Shown here piece by piece: positions 1 through 10,489 of a stretch of 64,000 bases of DNA. The DNA is from Cyanobacteria bacterium P01_D01_bin.156 (lineage in GTDB: Bacteria > Cyanobacteriota > Cyanobacteriia > Phormidesmidales > Phormidesmidaceae). The stretch lies in NCBI GenBank assembly GCA_039024555.1, contig JBCCQQ010000003.1:64001-128000 (forward strand). Reading direction: 5' to 3'. The notes under the pieces were generated by a model. It worked only from the letters and a program-made list of their open reading frames with translations. It made no database searches and was not told the DNA's origin. Position 1 is the stretch's first letter. Every line of letters begins with the position of its first letter. A program made the translations under genes and the position numbers.

Positions 1-497
1 AAACGCTCTACATCAGGCCCACGATCTTCAAAAACAAGGACCGGGAAGCTTTCAAGGGTTTCAACGGATGCAGAGTCGGAAGTCCTGACAGGGTTGGAGA
101 TGTTCCTTACAGAGGTAGTTTCAAGAATATTATTGGGTTGCACGGGTTCTGCTAGCGTTGCAACACTGGGTAATAAACTTTGCCAGGTTAGCGGCCCCAC
201 AACACCATCTGCATTTAATCCAGCTTCAGTTTGAAATTGACGCACTGCCTGAAGTGTAGCTTGAGTATAGTTGCCGTCCACAGGGCCAGTGTAATACCCC
301 ATTAAAGCCAACATTGATTGCACATCTTTGACCTCAGATCCCACACTGCCCAACTTTAAAACGACTGCACCTAAGGAGGGTGTAAGTGCTACCCTACGGG
401 GTATTACAGCCTTAGCCTGGGTTACTCTTGGCGACATCCCGAGAGAAATTGCCAATAGAAAGATCTGACAAGTCGCTTGTAAAGCTGAATGTTTCAT
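1..497 (-). CDS. Peptidoglycan-binding domain protein (PG_binding_1), partial, runs off the window's left edge
   Basis: Not in the ORF track. Manual translation from ATG at 497: MKHSALQATCQIFLLAISLGMSPRVTQA...VLKLGSVGSEVKDVQSMLALMGYYTGPVDGNYTQATLQAVRQFQTEAGLNADGVVGPLTWQSL, a signal-peptide-like N-terminus followed by a classic PG-binding motif. Confidence 0.85.
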   Translation of the reverse strand, partial: MKHSALQATCQIFLLAISLGMSPRVTQAKAVIPRRVALTPSLGAVVLKLGSVGSEVKDVQSMLALMGYYTGPVDGNYTQATLQAVRQFQTEAGLNADGVVGPLTWQSLLPSVATLAEPVQPNNILETTSVRNISNPVRTSDSASVETLESFPVLVFEDRGPDVER

Positions 498-765
498 GGT
501 TCGTGTAGGCTCTGGTCTATCCTGCAAGGGATGACATTGTAGTAGCAAGCCGTAAAATACTAGCAGCCATATGACGTATGGCGACTTCCAAAACGTCTAA
601 GGGCTCCATAAAGAGCAATCATAAAGGTGACACAGCACGTTTATTACGTCTAGCTAAAGTGATATTTTCAGGCATTGAGTATGAGCTTAGTCTAGGAATA
701 CTATTTTAACTGGCCCATAAACAGGCAATCGAAAATAGCCAACTAAAAAATCGTTCAGGATAGTA

Positions 766-1551
766 GTGTTTGTACCCTCAATAAAAAATAGATTTTTGGG
801 CAGCTTCATCGGGACGTATATGGGTAGTCATTTTCAGCTCATTCAAGGCAAAGAGCTACTGCAACAAGAGCTTGCGACTTCACCTCAGCTATGGAAGTCA
901 TCATTCAGGACAACCCGTCCCTCAGAAAATGCGTTCCCGGATATCTTGCCTGGGTTACTCAAGCATTATGACAACTATCTAGTACGCCATCAGTGGCTCA
1001 GTCAGTCGCTAGAAATTACTACAGACTTAACTCTATTTGCACAAGCAGACGCACTAGACGCCCTGTATCTACTAGGTGATTGTCTAGAGTGGTTTTTGCA
1101 GGCTTCTCCAAATATAGACAGACCCGAGGTATATTTACGCGAGTATCTTCATCAGCGCTATGCTAACGACCCTCTACATGACACCAAGAATCTAGCTAAA
1201 TTAGTGAATCTAGATGGCTCACCCCACATCCTGAGCCGCAACAGAGCAAGCCCACAGACTATGTCCATAGGCACTGTTGAGCTCGCTATCCAACAGTGTT
1301 TGTATTATCGAGAAAACCTGACATTAGCCCTAACATCACAGCATCTCACCAGGCTAGTTACCATGATGGTGGGATGTTTTTTAGGGGCATGGACGGGAAC
1401 GGCAATCATTCCTATCAACGATATAACTGCCATCCCAACAGCTCAGATAGAGGCTCTGAAATCTCAAGCAGAACATTTATACCAAAGTTGGACGGGTGTT
1501 GTTACCCCTAATATTGCTGACTGTTTTGAGGCATTTCCATTAGATTTATAG
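766..1551 (+). CDS. Hypothetical protein, degenerate ADP-ribosylglycohydrolase-like
   Basis: N-terminal NRFLGSFIG and C-terminal MVGCFLGAWTG..IP resemble the DraG/ARH termini; acidic catalytic motifs are not visible. Confidence 0.5.
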   Translation: MFVPSIKNRFLGSFIGTYMGSHFQLIQGKELLQQELATSPQLWKSSFRTTRPSENAFPDILPGLLKHYDNYLVRHQWLSQSLEITTDLTLFAQADALDALYLLGDCLEWFLQASPNIDRPEVYLREYLHQRYANDPLHDTKNLAKLVNLDGSPHILSRNRASPQTMSIGTVELAIQQCLYYRENLTLALTSQHLTRLVTMMVGCFLGAWTGTAIIPINDITAIPTAQIEALKSQAEHLYQSWTGVVTPNIADCFEAFPLDL

Positions 1552-1853
1552 ACAGCAGCCTACTGTCGAAAAAGAGCTGGCTATAATAGTTGGAGTAAAC
1601 GAACCATGCATTTGCTGACACTGTTTAAGCATGTGAGGTTGTAGATGGGAAAGAACACATCGTCAATTCCCCGATGATTGGCCCAACTACCCCAAGCATC
1701 GAATCTAGTTTATCTATAGCATCTGGGGTGTTTTCAGAGAAAATATGATGTCTTCTCCAACCTCAATCGGGTGTCTAACGCTAGTAAGCCATTGGATTAT
1801 TAGTATTACGTTTCGGCTGATCGCAACGGCAACCTTCATTATTAAAGCCTTTC

Positions 1854-4391
1854 ATGCAGTCGGTGACATTCATGGTCAAAGTAATATGGCAGCGTTTGCA
1901 TACTTCCATCAGCTGGTGTAAAGCACAGTTACCAGTATTCTCTACGTCGCCGCGTCAAAGATCTAATACGTCAATTCGTCAATCGACCCGGTCAGCTAAC
2001 TCAGCGACAGGGCGCTATGCCGCTACTGAAAAAAAGTCACTGCACCAAGCTCAAATTGGCATTTGTTTGACGATGCTGTTGTTAACAGCGATTTTGGGGC
2101 AAAGGTTTTACAATCAGCCGGCGCTTACGGTTGGGAGCATGGCAGCAGATAATTTCATCGCGCCTTACAATGCCACACTCCCAGATATGGTGACTACAGA
2201 GGCCAACCGTCAGGCCGCACGCAGTGGTTCCAATGTGGTGTTACAAATTGATGGAACAACGACTCAGGCAATTACCGAGAGTACCAATAGCATCTTGGCT
2301 CAGGGTAGTCTTCTGCGACAGCAAGTTGGTGCTTTGCCCTATGTTTCAACAGATAAGCTATCAAGCCGCACTCAGCAGTATCTGCGTCAGTTAGCCCCGA
2401 ATCAGTGGGAGGAACTCTGGGAGCTGGTGAAACTCCCTCAATTAACACCTAGCACCTTTGAACAGGGAGCACCTGCTCCACTGAAAAGACGCCTAGAAAA
2501 TTTAGATGTCAATCAACGTATTGCCCTCCGAGAGCTATTACGATTACGAGAGCAACCATCAAAGCCATCTATGATTGCGCTGCGTAGCCAAATTGAAACG
2601 AAACGTCAGCAATATAGCAGAGTAAAACTTGAGCTTGCTAAACTAACAACCCGTGATGGTGTACAACCGTTAGATCTAAAAATTCTTGAACTCAATGACA
2701 CAGACTGGCAATCTGTTCAAGCAAGAACCCGATTGGTTCTTGCTCGTATGTTGACTCAAGGGATTCATGAAGGAACACCTCCTGAATTATGGCAGCGGGC
2801 AATTGATAGCCAAGTTCAAGGAACTGCAATCTTAGAGGACGCTACCTCTGAAAATCGTGATGACTTCCTGAAGAAAGAAAACATAGCCAAGGAGATTGTT
2901 GCTAAGATTCTTCGCTCTGTAATCGAGCCTAATCTCATTGAAGATGTGGAGCAGACAAGGCTACGGGCTGAACAGGTAGAGAATGAAGTTAAAACCGTAA
3001 CTGTCTCTATCGAACGGGGAGAACCCATTGTTGAGAAAGGGGAGACAATTACGCAAGGTGATTTTGTCCTTCTAGACCATTTCAATTTGACCCAGCGCCG
3101 ATTTAATTGGATAGGGTTTGTTGCCTTTGGGGGGTTGGTAAGTGCATGTGTTGGTGTACTTCTATGGCTCAATCACTGGCAAAAAGGAGGATTACGCCAA
3201 CGAGATCATTTGCTTGTACTGTGCCTCATTGCGAGTGTGGCAGCCCTAATGGCTCTGAAAATCCCTGGGCTTGGTTTACCTGCTGTAGGACTGCTATTGG
3301 GTAGCTTTTATGGATATATCTTAGCGGCAGTAACGATTGGATTACTTGTAATTCTGCTACCTATTGGCGGATCGGTCGCAGTTTTGCCTTTGTTTGCAGC
3401 CGCTTGCGCAGCCTTGGTTGGTGCTTGGATTGCTCCTCGACTGCGATCGCGAGAAGAATTTGCCCTATTGGGTGGGGTTGTCGGTCTGACTCAAGGGCTA
3501 TTGCATTTAGTCCTCACACTGATGTTTAACAGTGTGGCATCCTCAGTTTGGTACACCGTCTTAGGTGATTCCGCTATCTTTGGAGTTTATGGCATTGCCT
3601 GGAGCATTTTTGCCTTGGGAGTCAGTCCATATTTAGAGTCATTTTTTGATGTCGTTACCCCCATTCGTCTCGCCGAACTTTCGAATCCCAATCGCCCACT
3701 CTTAAAACGATTAGCAGCAGATGCACCGGGCACATTTCAACACACCATGTTTGTCGCTAATCTGGCAGAAGCTGCCGCTCGTGCTCTAGGGCACAATGTT
3801 GAGCTAGTGCGTGCTGGCACCTTATACCATGACATTGGTAAAATGCATGATCCTCTGGGGTTTATCGAAAATCAGATGGGAGGTCCTAACAAGCATGATT
3901 TAATTAATGATCCTTGGATAAGCGCCGACATCATTAAAAAGCATGTAACCGAAGGCTTGGTCATGGCAAAGAAGCATCGTCTCCCTAAAGCAATTCAGGC
4001 ATTTATACCCGAGCATCAGGGAGATATGCTCATCAGTTATTTCTACTATCAAGCTAAAGAAATTGCAGCTAGCAAGTCTGACAACAAAGAGATACGGGAA
4101 GAAGATTTTCGCTACGCAGGGCCTATTCCCCAGTCTCCAGAAACTGGGATTGTAATGCTGGCAGATTCCTGTGAAGCCGCGCTAAGATCGCTGCAAAAGG
4201 AAGCATGTGCAGAAGATGCCTATGCGATGGTCAATAAAATCTTACGAGCTCGCTGGAAAGACAAACAGCTAGTGGACTCTTGTTTAACACGCAAAGATAT
4301 GGATATTATCGCCAATGTCTTTGTGCAAGTATGGCAACAATTTAACCATAAGCGAATTGCCTATCCCAAAGGTGCTTTAGCAGCCCGCTAA
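1854..4391 (+). CDS. 7TM-HD (HDIG) phosphohydrolase, PgpH-like cyclic-di-AMP phosphodiesterase family
   Basis: Large extracellular domain, multiple TM helices, APGTFQH, LYHDIGK, EHQG and LADSCEAA motifs. Confidence 0.85.
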   Translation: MQSVTFMVKVIWQRLHTSISWCKAQLPVFSTSPRQRSNTSIRQSTRSANSATGRYAATEKKSLHQAQIGICLTMLLLTAILGQRFYNQPALTVGSMAADNFIAPYNATLPDMVTTEANRQAARSGSNVVLQIDGTTTQAITESTNSILAQGSLLRQQVGALPYVSTDKLSSRTQQYLRQLAPNQWEELWELVKLPQLTPSTFEQGAPAPLKRRLENLDVNQRIALRELLRLREQPSKPSMIALRSQIETKRQQYSRVKLELAKLTTRDGVQPLDLKILELNDTDWQSVQARTRLVLARMLTQGIHEGTPPELWQRAIDSQVQGTAILEDATSENRDDFLKKENIAKEIVAKILRSVIEPNLIEDVEQTRLRAEQVENEVKTVTVSIERGEPIVEKGETITQGDFVLLDHFNLTQRRFNWIGFVAFGGLVSACVGVLLWLNHWQKGGLRQRDHLLVLCLIASVAALMALKIPGLGLPAVGLLLGSFYGYILAAVTIGLLVILLPIGGSVAVLPLFAAACAALVGAWIAPRLRSREEFALLGGVVGLTQGLLHLVLTLMFNSVASSVWYTVLGDSAIFGVYGIAWSIFALGVSPYLESFFDVVTPIRLAELSNPNRPLLKRLAADAPGTFQHTMFVANLAEAAARALGHNVELVRAGTLYHDIGKMHDPLGFIENQMGGPNKHDLINDPWISADIIKKHVTEGLVMAKKHRLPKAIQAFIPEHQGDMLISYFYYQAKEIAASKSDNKEIREEDFRYAGPIPQSPETGIVMLADSCEAALRSLQKEACAEDAYAMVNKILRARWKDKQLVDSCLTRKDMDIIANVFVQVWQQFNHKRIAYPKGALAAR

Positions 4392-4418
4392 ATACCCTCT
4401 CCAAAACAAGTCTCTAGT

Positions 4419-5306
4419 CTACGGGCTTGGCAATTGCTGATTCATAAGCTTTTGACCGAGTATGCCATATTTTGGCGCAAACATCATGGCCAGAGCAAAA
4501 AGCACAGTCATCAGCACAACAATGCTACCTCCAGTAGACACATCTAGATGATAGCTGACGTAAGTCCCTAACACACAGGAGAGAACGCTTGTAGCTACTG
4601 AAATGACTAGCATCTTGTCAAAGCGATCGGTCAATAAATAGGCCGTTGCACCTGGCGTAACCAGCATAGCCACTACCAAGACAATCCCTGCTGTTTGTAG
4701 TGCGGTAACAATTGTCAATGCCAATACCGACAGTAATGTGTAATACATTAGCTGTGTATTCAGTCCAATCGCCTTAGCGTGATTAGGGTCAAAACAAAAC
4801 AACAATAGATCTCGCCGACGTAAGAGAATAATGATTAAGGTAGCAATACCAGCAATTAAGGTTTGCACAATATCTGATGGGGAAATGCCTAATACATTGC
4901 CAAATAGGATGTGAAATAGGTCAACATTACTAGGTATTTTGGTAGCTAAGACCAAGCCAAAAGCAAAGAACCCGGTAAAAATCACACCAATAACAGCATC
5001 TTCTTTAAGACGAGTCTGGGATTTGACATATCCAATGATTACGGTGGCACCAAAACCAAATGTAAATGCTCCCAGAGCAAAGGGTAACCCTAGGGCATAG
5101 GCAACAACGACCCCTGGCACAACAGCATGGGAAACAGCATCACCCATCAGTGACCAACCTTTCAGGGTAATATAACAAGAGAGCACAGCACATATTACAC
5201 CCACAAAAGCGCTCACCCATAGAGCCTTCACCATGAATCCAAATTGCAGGGGTTCCAGCAACCACTGCACAATCATAGGAACTTGCATAAGAAAAAGATT
5301 ATCCAT
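4419..5306 (-). CDS. mntB: Mn/Fe/Zn ABC transporter permease
   Basis: ABC-3 motifs SLMGDAVSHAVVPG and LFHILFGNVLGI; third gene of the operon. Confidence 0.8.
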   Translation of the reverse strand: MDNLFLMQVPMIVQWLLEPLQFGFMVKALWVSAFVGVICAVLSCYITLKGWSLMGDAVSHAVVPGVVVAYALGLPFALGAFTFGFGATVIIGYVKSQTRLKEDAVIGVIFTGFFAFGLVLATKIPSNVDLFHILFGNVLGISPSDIVQTLIAGIATLIIILLRRRDLLLFCFDPNHAKAIGLNTQLMYYTLLSVLALTIVTALQTAGIVLVVAMLVTPGATAYLLTDRFDKMLVISVATSVLSCVLGTYVSYHLDVSTGGSIVVLMTVLFALAMMFAPKYGILGQKLMNQQLPSP

Positions 5307-5394
5307 AATGATGGTTGCGAGCAGGCTTAAGGCTTGTTAAAAGTTAGAATCATTGCTTTATGCTTTAAATCATGGCTTCATAAGCTTTTCAGGC

Positions 5395-6189
5395 TTAAAC
5401 CGTAAAGTCGTTTCTTAAGAGTTCCTTAGCTTCAGAAGAGCTTCCCGATAGGCTATTCAGGGGTAAACCACCAAACGTCATAGCCAGATTTTCTGCAGTA
5501 AATGTATCTACTGTGGCTCCTTCAGCAAGAACGGTGCGGTTAAGCAAGATTGTGCGATCGCAGAACGTAGAAATCGATACCAAATCATGGGTCGATACCA
5601 AGATCGTGTGTCCCTCATCTCGCAGCTGCAGTAACAGATTCACAATTTTCTTCTCTGTTTTGACATCCACCCCAGTAAAAGGTTCATCTAACAGAATCAC
5701 CCGACTGTTTTGAGCCATTGCTCGAGCCAAAAATGCTCGTTTTTTCTGTCCCCCGGAAAGTTCTCCAATCTGTCGATGGCGAAAGTCCTCCATACCCACA
5801 CGTTCTAAACTTTCTGCCACCCGGCGACGATCCTCGCGTCCCGGAATGCGTAGCATATTCATATAGCCGTAACGACCCATCATCACCACATCCGCCACAC
5901 TCACAGGAAAGTTCCAGTCCACCTCATCTGCTTGAGGAACATAGGACATCAACTGACGTTTTTGAGCCATGTTGACCGATAAACCATCAATGTGAACCCT
6001 GCCCTGGTTAGGAGTAACAAAGCCCATAATGGTCTTGAATAAGGTGGATTTTCCACCACCGTTGGGACCTACCAAGCCAGTAATCGTACCAGGCTGAACG
6101 TAACAGCTAGCGTTATATAAAGCCAGATGGGCATTGCTGTAAGTAACGCTAATATTTTCGACGGTGATACCAAAGGTGTCTGAGCGCAT
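5395..6189 (-). CDS. mntA: Mn/Fe/Zn ABC transporter ATP-binding protein
   Basis: GPNGGGKST, LSGGQKKR, LLDEPFTGVD. Confidence 0.8.
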   Translation of the reverse strand: MRSDTFGITVENISVTYSNAHLALYNASCYVQPGTITGLVGPNGGGKSTLFKTIMGFVTPNQGRVHIDGLSVNMAQKRQLMSYVPQADEVDWNFPVSVADVVMMGRYGYMNMLRIPGREDRRRVAESLERVGMEDFRHRQIGELSGGQKKRAFLARAMAQNSRVILLDEPFTGVDVKTEKKIVNLLLQLRDEGHTILVSTHDLVSISTFCDRTILLNRTVLAEGATVDTFTAENLAMTFGGLPLNSLSGSSSEAKELLRNDFTV

Positions 6190-6257
6190 TGTGGGTCAAG
6201 TGAGAGGAACAGGAAAAAAGACTGTAACGGAATATGGAAATGCCTAGCTTTTGCAAA

Positions 6258-7190
6258 TCATCGTGACAACAGCCCCTCGCTGATTACTTGGGCATCATAT
6301 TGCAGTAGGTCTAGAAACGTGGGGACCGGACCGTCTGCAGTAGAGAGAGAATCAACATAGAGATTGCCGCCAAACTTAGCCCCAGTTGCGCGAGCTACTT
6401 CCTGCTGACCTTCATCGCTGACTGTGCTTTCGCAGAAAACAGTAGGAATATTGTTGCTGATAACTGTTGTAATGACTTCTTGAATTTGCTTAGGTGTAGA
6501 CTGTTGTTCTGCATTGATGGGCCAGAGATAGACTTCTTTTAAACCGTAATCCTTGGCCAGGTAGGAAAAGGCCCCTTCACAACTCACGAGATAACGTTCG
6601 TTTTCTGGCACTTGAGCTAAGTTCGCCTGGAGTTGAGTGTCAATGGCCTGTAACTGTTTACTATAGGCAGCGGCATTGGCGTTGTAGATATCTGTATTTT
6701 CTGGATCTAGCTCTACAAACGCCTGGCGGATATTTTCAACATATATCAGCGCATTTTGAGGAGACATCCAGGCGTGGGGATTGGATTTGTTCGTGTAGGG
6801 ACCTTCTGCGATCGCAATAGGCTCAATGCCCTCTGTCAAAATCACCGACGGCACATCCTGGACATTACTTAGAAACTGCTCAAGCCAGCGCTCCAGGTTC
6901 ATACCGTTATAAAGAATCAGATCGGCATCTTGAGCTTTTACCAAATCGCTCGGTGTCGGTTCATAACCATGAATTTCAGCCCCGATACGCGTAATTGAGT
7001 CAACTTGGAGCTCATCCCCAGCGACGTTTTGAGCCATATCCGCCAGAATTGTGAACGTAGTCAGCACAACTTTCTGCTCACTAAGATCTCCCGAAATAGA
7101 CGGTTTTTGACCACAGCCTGCCAGACCTAGTAGCAGTGCAATACCTACCCAGCAATACTTTCGCTTAACTTTTTGAAGAGCCGCCAGCAT
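6258..7190 (-). CDS. mntC: Mn/Fe ABC transporter substrate-binding lipoprotein
   Basis: Lipobox LAGC; EIHGYEPTPSD, NPHAWMSP, SCEGAFSY and YVDSLS metal-ligand motifs. Confidence 0.8.
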   Translation of the reverse strand: MLAALQKVKRKYCWVGIALLLGLAGCGQKPSISGDLSEQKVVLTTFTILADMAQNVAGDELQVDSITRIGAEIHGYEPTPSDLVKAQDADLILYNGMNLERWLEQFLSNVQDVPSVILTEGIEPIAIAEGPYTNKSNPHAWMSPQNALIYVENIRQAFVELDPENTDIYNANAAAYSKQLQAIDTQLQANLAQVPENERYLVSCEGAFSYLAKDYGLKEVYLWPINAEQQSTPKQIQEVITTVISNNIPTVFCESTVSDEGQQEVARATGAKFGGNLYVDSLSTADGPVPTFLDLLQYDAQVISEGLLSR

Positions 7191-7191
7191 T

Positions 7192-7224
7192 TCATAATCG
7201 TTTCATTTTTCATTATTATCTCAT
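7192..7224 (-). promoter_or_regulatory. Putative ManR-type direct-repeat operator
   Basis: Minus strand ATGAGATAATAATGAAAAATGAAACGATTATGA contains two ATGA pairs, each 11 bp apart, directly before the mntC start. Confidence 0.5.
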
Positions 7225-7443
7225 AATTGCAGGGTACTGTGTGATGCTCGGGAAAAAACTTGGCTTCGTAGATTTGTAACAGTCCCTCCTATATGTAAGA
7301 AAAGATGCTGCTTAGCGACCATGCAACTACAATCATGGATACGACCCGCTTATGGTTTTCCATGATTGAAAATGCATCTACTGGTTGAACAGTACACCCT
7401 ATTGTTGAGTACTGTTACTCTGAGTCTCTTGCAAGCTCTACTT

Positions 7444-10125
7444 TTAAAGCACTGAAGAGGTAATGTTGGTAGCGCATGTCTGGTCTGGCTGAATCAGTAT
7501 CCCATTGCTAGATCCAGAAACTTTAACCAGAGGAGTTTTTGGCAACATGATTGCTAACTCAGCACCTTTCTCTAGGATAGATTGGCAGATTAGTTGACCA
7601 CCATGTTGCTGAACAACAATTTGATGACTAATAGCTAAGCCCATACCCGTTCCAGTACCAACGGGTTTAGTTGTAAAAAATGGATCGAAAATTTGTTGTT
7701 GTAACGCTTTAGGAATGCCATTGCCATTATCGGTAATCGTAATAACGATCTGGTCTACCTGATTTTTAGTAGTAATGGTAATTTTCCCAGATGGCTTTTC
7801 TTCCAACGCATCGATTGCGTTATTTAAGATATGGAAGAACACTTGATTAAGTGCTCCAGCAAAGCATTCAATTTCAGGTAACAATCCATAATTTTTTTGA
7901 ATGGCAATAGCTGGTCGTTTAGACTGTATACCGAGTCGATGATTCAACAACATGAGAGTGTTATCTAACCCTTCATGCACATCCACTTTTTTGAGAGTGG
8001 CTTCGTCGTAACGAGCAAAATTGCGTAGTGATTGAACGATATCGCGAATACGCTCGGTCCCCGTCTGCATTGCACTAATTAACTTAGGAAAATCCGTTCT
8101 AATAAACTCCAAGTGCTCGACATCAATATCGGCAGACGTATTTTTATCAGATACGGGCAACGATCCGGTTTGATAGTGTTCAATAGCCCTCATCATCACT
8201 TCAACATACTGGATGGCGTATTCCAAATTGCCATGGATGAACCCCACAGGATTATTAATTTCATGAGCGATTCCAGCCACTAACTGGCCTAACCCAGCCA
8301 TTTTTTCACTTTGCAACAACTGAGCTTGAGCTCGTTTCAGCTCATCCATCGCTTGCTGTAATTGTTGAGCAGTTTGACGTGCATCTAACTCGGATTTGAG
8401 TAAGGCTGACTCAGCTTTTTTACGATCAGTAATATCTCGTACCATGATCGTTAAAAAGCTGTTGGCATTTATCTCAGAGCGCGTCGCCAAAATTTCAACA
8501 GGGAAACGACGTCCTCCCTTATGTAGACCAATTGCCTCGTAAACTTCACCTGTTTTAACCGCCTGGCACACAAACGCAGGTAATGCTTGCTGGGCTTCAT
8601 GATGACTTTGCGGAAAATCTGTTGTGACTAGAGTTGTAAGGGATTGCCCTGTTGTTTGCAGCCACTTACCACCAAAAATTGATCCAATCGCTGGATTAGC
8701 ACTTTGAATTTCTAGGGTTTCTGGATCTACGGTCAAAATGCCATCTGCAGCCGTCGTAATAATTGCATTTGTTTTTGCTGTTGACCGTTCCAATGCATCA
8801 ACAACCTGGTTGTACCAATGGCTAATTTGTCCAACTTCAGTCAATGTACTGACACGAACACGTTGCTTGAGGTTACCGGTTTTTGCATGGGCTTGCATCG
8901 TTGCAAACAATCCCTGAAACTCATTGCTAGCGCCATGTTCTGAACTATTCAAACCTAAATACTCATGCCTATGCGAGACACGAAGAGGTACATAGCGATT
9001 AAGCAATAAAAATGCAGTCAGGGCTAATGTAAAAGACCATAGGCCACAGGCTAGGATACCGGAGACTTGAGCCACAAGCTGTTGTCCACGAGAAAGACCT
9101 GTACCTATTGTTTCTAGATCGCCTAACAAAGCAACGGCAAGCGTTCCCCAAATGCCTGGCACTAAGTGTACTGAGACAGCTCCAATAGCGTCATCAATCT
9201 TAAATTTTTCTAGTAAGGCATCCCCAAATATCATCACGATGCCCCCTACGGCACCAATGATGAGAGCATTCCTACAAGACACAACATGGCAATTGGCTGT
9301 AATTGCCACCAGTCCGGCCAAAGGGCCATTCATCACCGCTTTATAGGAAACTTGACCACCGTGAAATCTAAGGGACCACACGAGTGTTGCCACTAACCCT
9401 GCAGCTCCCGCCAATAGGGTATTGACTAAAATCCTTGGTACTTGCTCGTTGAATGCTAGAGTACTGCCACCGTTAAAGCCAAACCATCCAAACCATAGCA
9501 ACAACGTCCCTAAGAAAGCTAACGGTAAATCTGAACTGGGGGTCTGTTGAACAAAGTTATATCGAGAAAAGCGTCCGAGTCGGGGACCAATAATGACAAC
9601 TGCAGCGAGGGCAACCCACCCACCCAAGCTATGTACCACCGTAGAACCGGCAAAATCTACAAATCCTTGTTGCTCTAGCCAGCCCGTGGCAGTAGATTTC
9701 TCCAGACCATTCCACACCCAATGACCATAAATCGGATAAATCAAGCCAGCGATTAATACAACGCTACACAGATAACCTCGAAAGGTCATTCGTTCAGCCA
9801 CTGCTCCAGATACGATCGTGACAGCAGTGCTGCAAAACATAGCCTGGAATAAAAAGAAAACTATTGGCCAATGATCTTGGCTAAATTCCGGTGCAAACAT
9901 ATTGATCCCCCCCCATCCACTGAGAGAAGAGCCAAACATCAAACCGTAGCCTAGCAACCAGAATATGATTACTGACAGGCCCGTATCGGACAAGTTTTTA
10001 ATAGCAACGTTGATGTTATTTTTGCGCCGAGTAGACCCCGCTTCTATACACAAAAAACCTGCCTGCATTATGAACACCAGGCTGGCGCTAACAACCACCC
10101 AAAGTGCATCCAATGACAATGGCAT
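7444..10125 (-). CDS. amt: Ammonium transporter (Amt) fused to HAMP-like, PAS and histidine kinase domains
   Basis: Amt motifs [40 protein letters not shown] (ADGILTVD...VRDIT); H-box AHEINNP, N-box NAIDA, DNGNG, DPFFTTK, GTGMGL. Confidence 0.9.
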   Translation of the reverse strand: MPLSLDALWVVVSASLVFIMQAGFLCIEAGSTRRKNNINVAIKNLSDTGLSVIIFWLLGYGLMFGSSLSGWGGINMFAPEFSQDHWPIVFFLFQAMFCSTAVTIVSGAVAERMTFRGYLCSVVLIAGLIYPIYGHWVWNGLEKSTATGWLEQQGFVDFAGSTVVHSLGGWVALAAVVIIGPRLGRFSRYNFVQQTPSSDLPLAFLGTLLLWFGWFGFNGGSTLAFNEQVPRILVNTLLAGAAGLVATLVWSLRFHGGQVSYKAVMNGPLAGLVAITANCHVVSCRNALIIGAVGGIVMIFGDALLEKFKIDDAIGAVSVHLVPGIWGTLAVALLGDLETIGTGLSRGQQLVAQVSGILACGLWSFTLALTAFLLLNRYVPLRVSHRHEYLGLNSSEHGASNEFQGLFATMQAHAKTGNLKQRVRVSTLTEVGQISHWYNQVVDALERSTAKTNAIITTAADGILTVDPETLEIQSANPAIGSIFGGKWLQTTGQSLTTLVTTDFPQSHHEAQQALPAFVCQAVKTGEVYEAIGLHKGGRRFPVEILATRSEINANSFLTIMVRDITDRKKAESALLKSELDARQTAQQLQQAMDELKRAQAQLLQSEKMAGLGQLVAGIAHEINNPVGFIHGNLEYAIQYVEVMMRAIEHYQTGSLPVSDKNTSADIDVEHLEFIRTDFPKLISAMQTGTERIRDIVQSLRNFARYDEATLKKVDVHEGLDNTLMLLNHRLGIQSKRPAIAIQKNYGLLPEIECFAGALNQVFFHILNNAIDALEEKPSGKITITTKNQVDQIVITITDNGNGIPKALQQQIFDPFFTTKPVGTGTGMGLAISHQIVVQQHGGQLICQSILEKGAELAIMLPKTPLVKVSGSSNGILIQPDQTCATNITSSVL

Positions 10126-10489
10126 AGTGAGGAAGGATTTGTAGTGCTCGACTTATGAAACTCGATCTGGTAGAGCTATGGTCCGTAGCTGACATAGAGC
10201 TGCCGAATATGACAGTGCCATAACATTGACATTTGTCGAGCGAAAGACAGTAAAAACTCAGCAGTCATGCATACCAGTACATGAATTTCTGCCCATATAG
10301 TGCCCGACAATGTGCCTGAATATCTTGATCAATTCTGGCTTCAGAAAACATAGATTTTGTGCGCGTTTACCCATGACTATCAGAATGTTGATACCTAAAA
10401 CGCAATTAGGTAGTTAATACTCTCTGAGACAAGACGATACATCCACCAAACTGACTCATAATTAGAAGGCTGCTTTAACGACATCTGTT

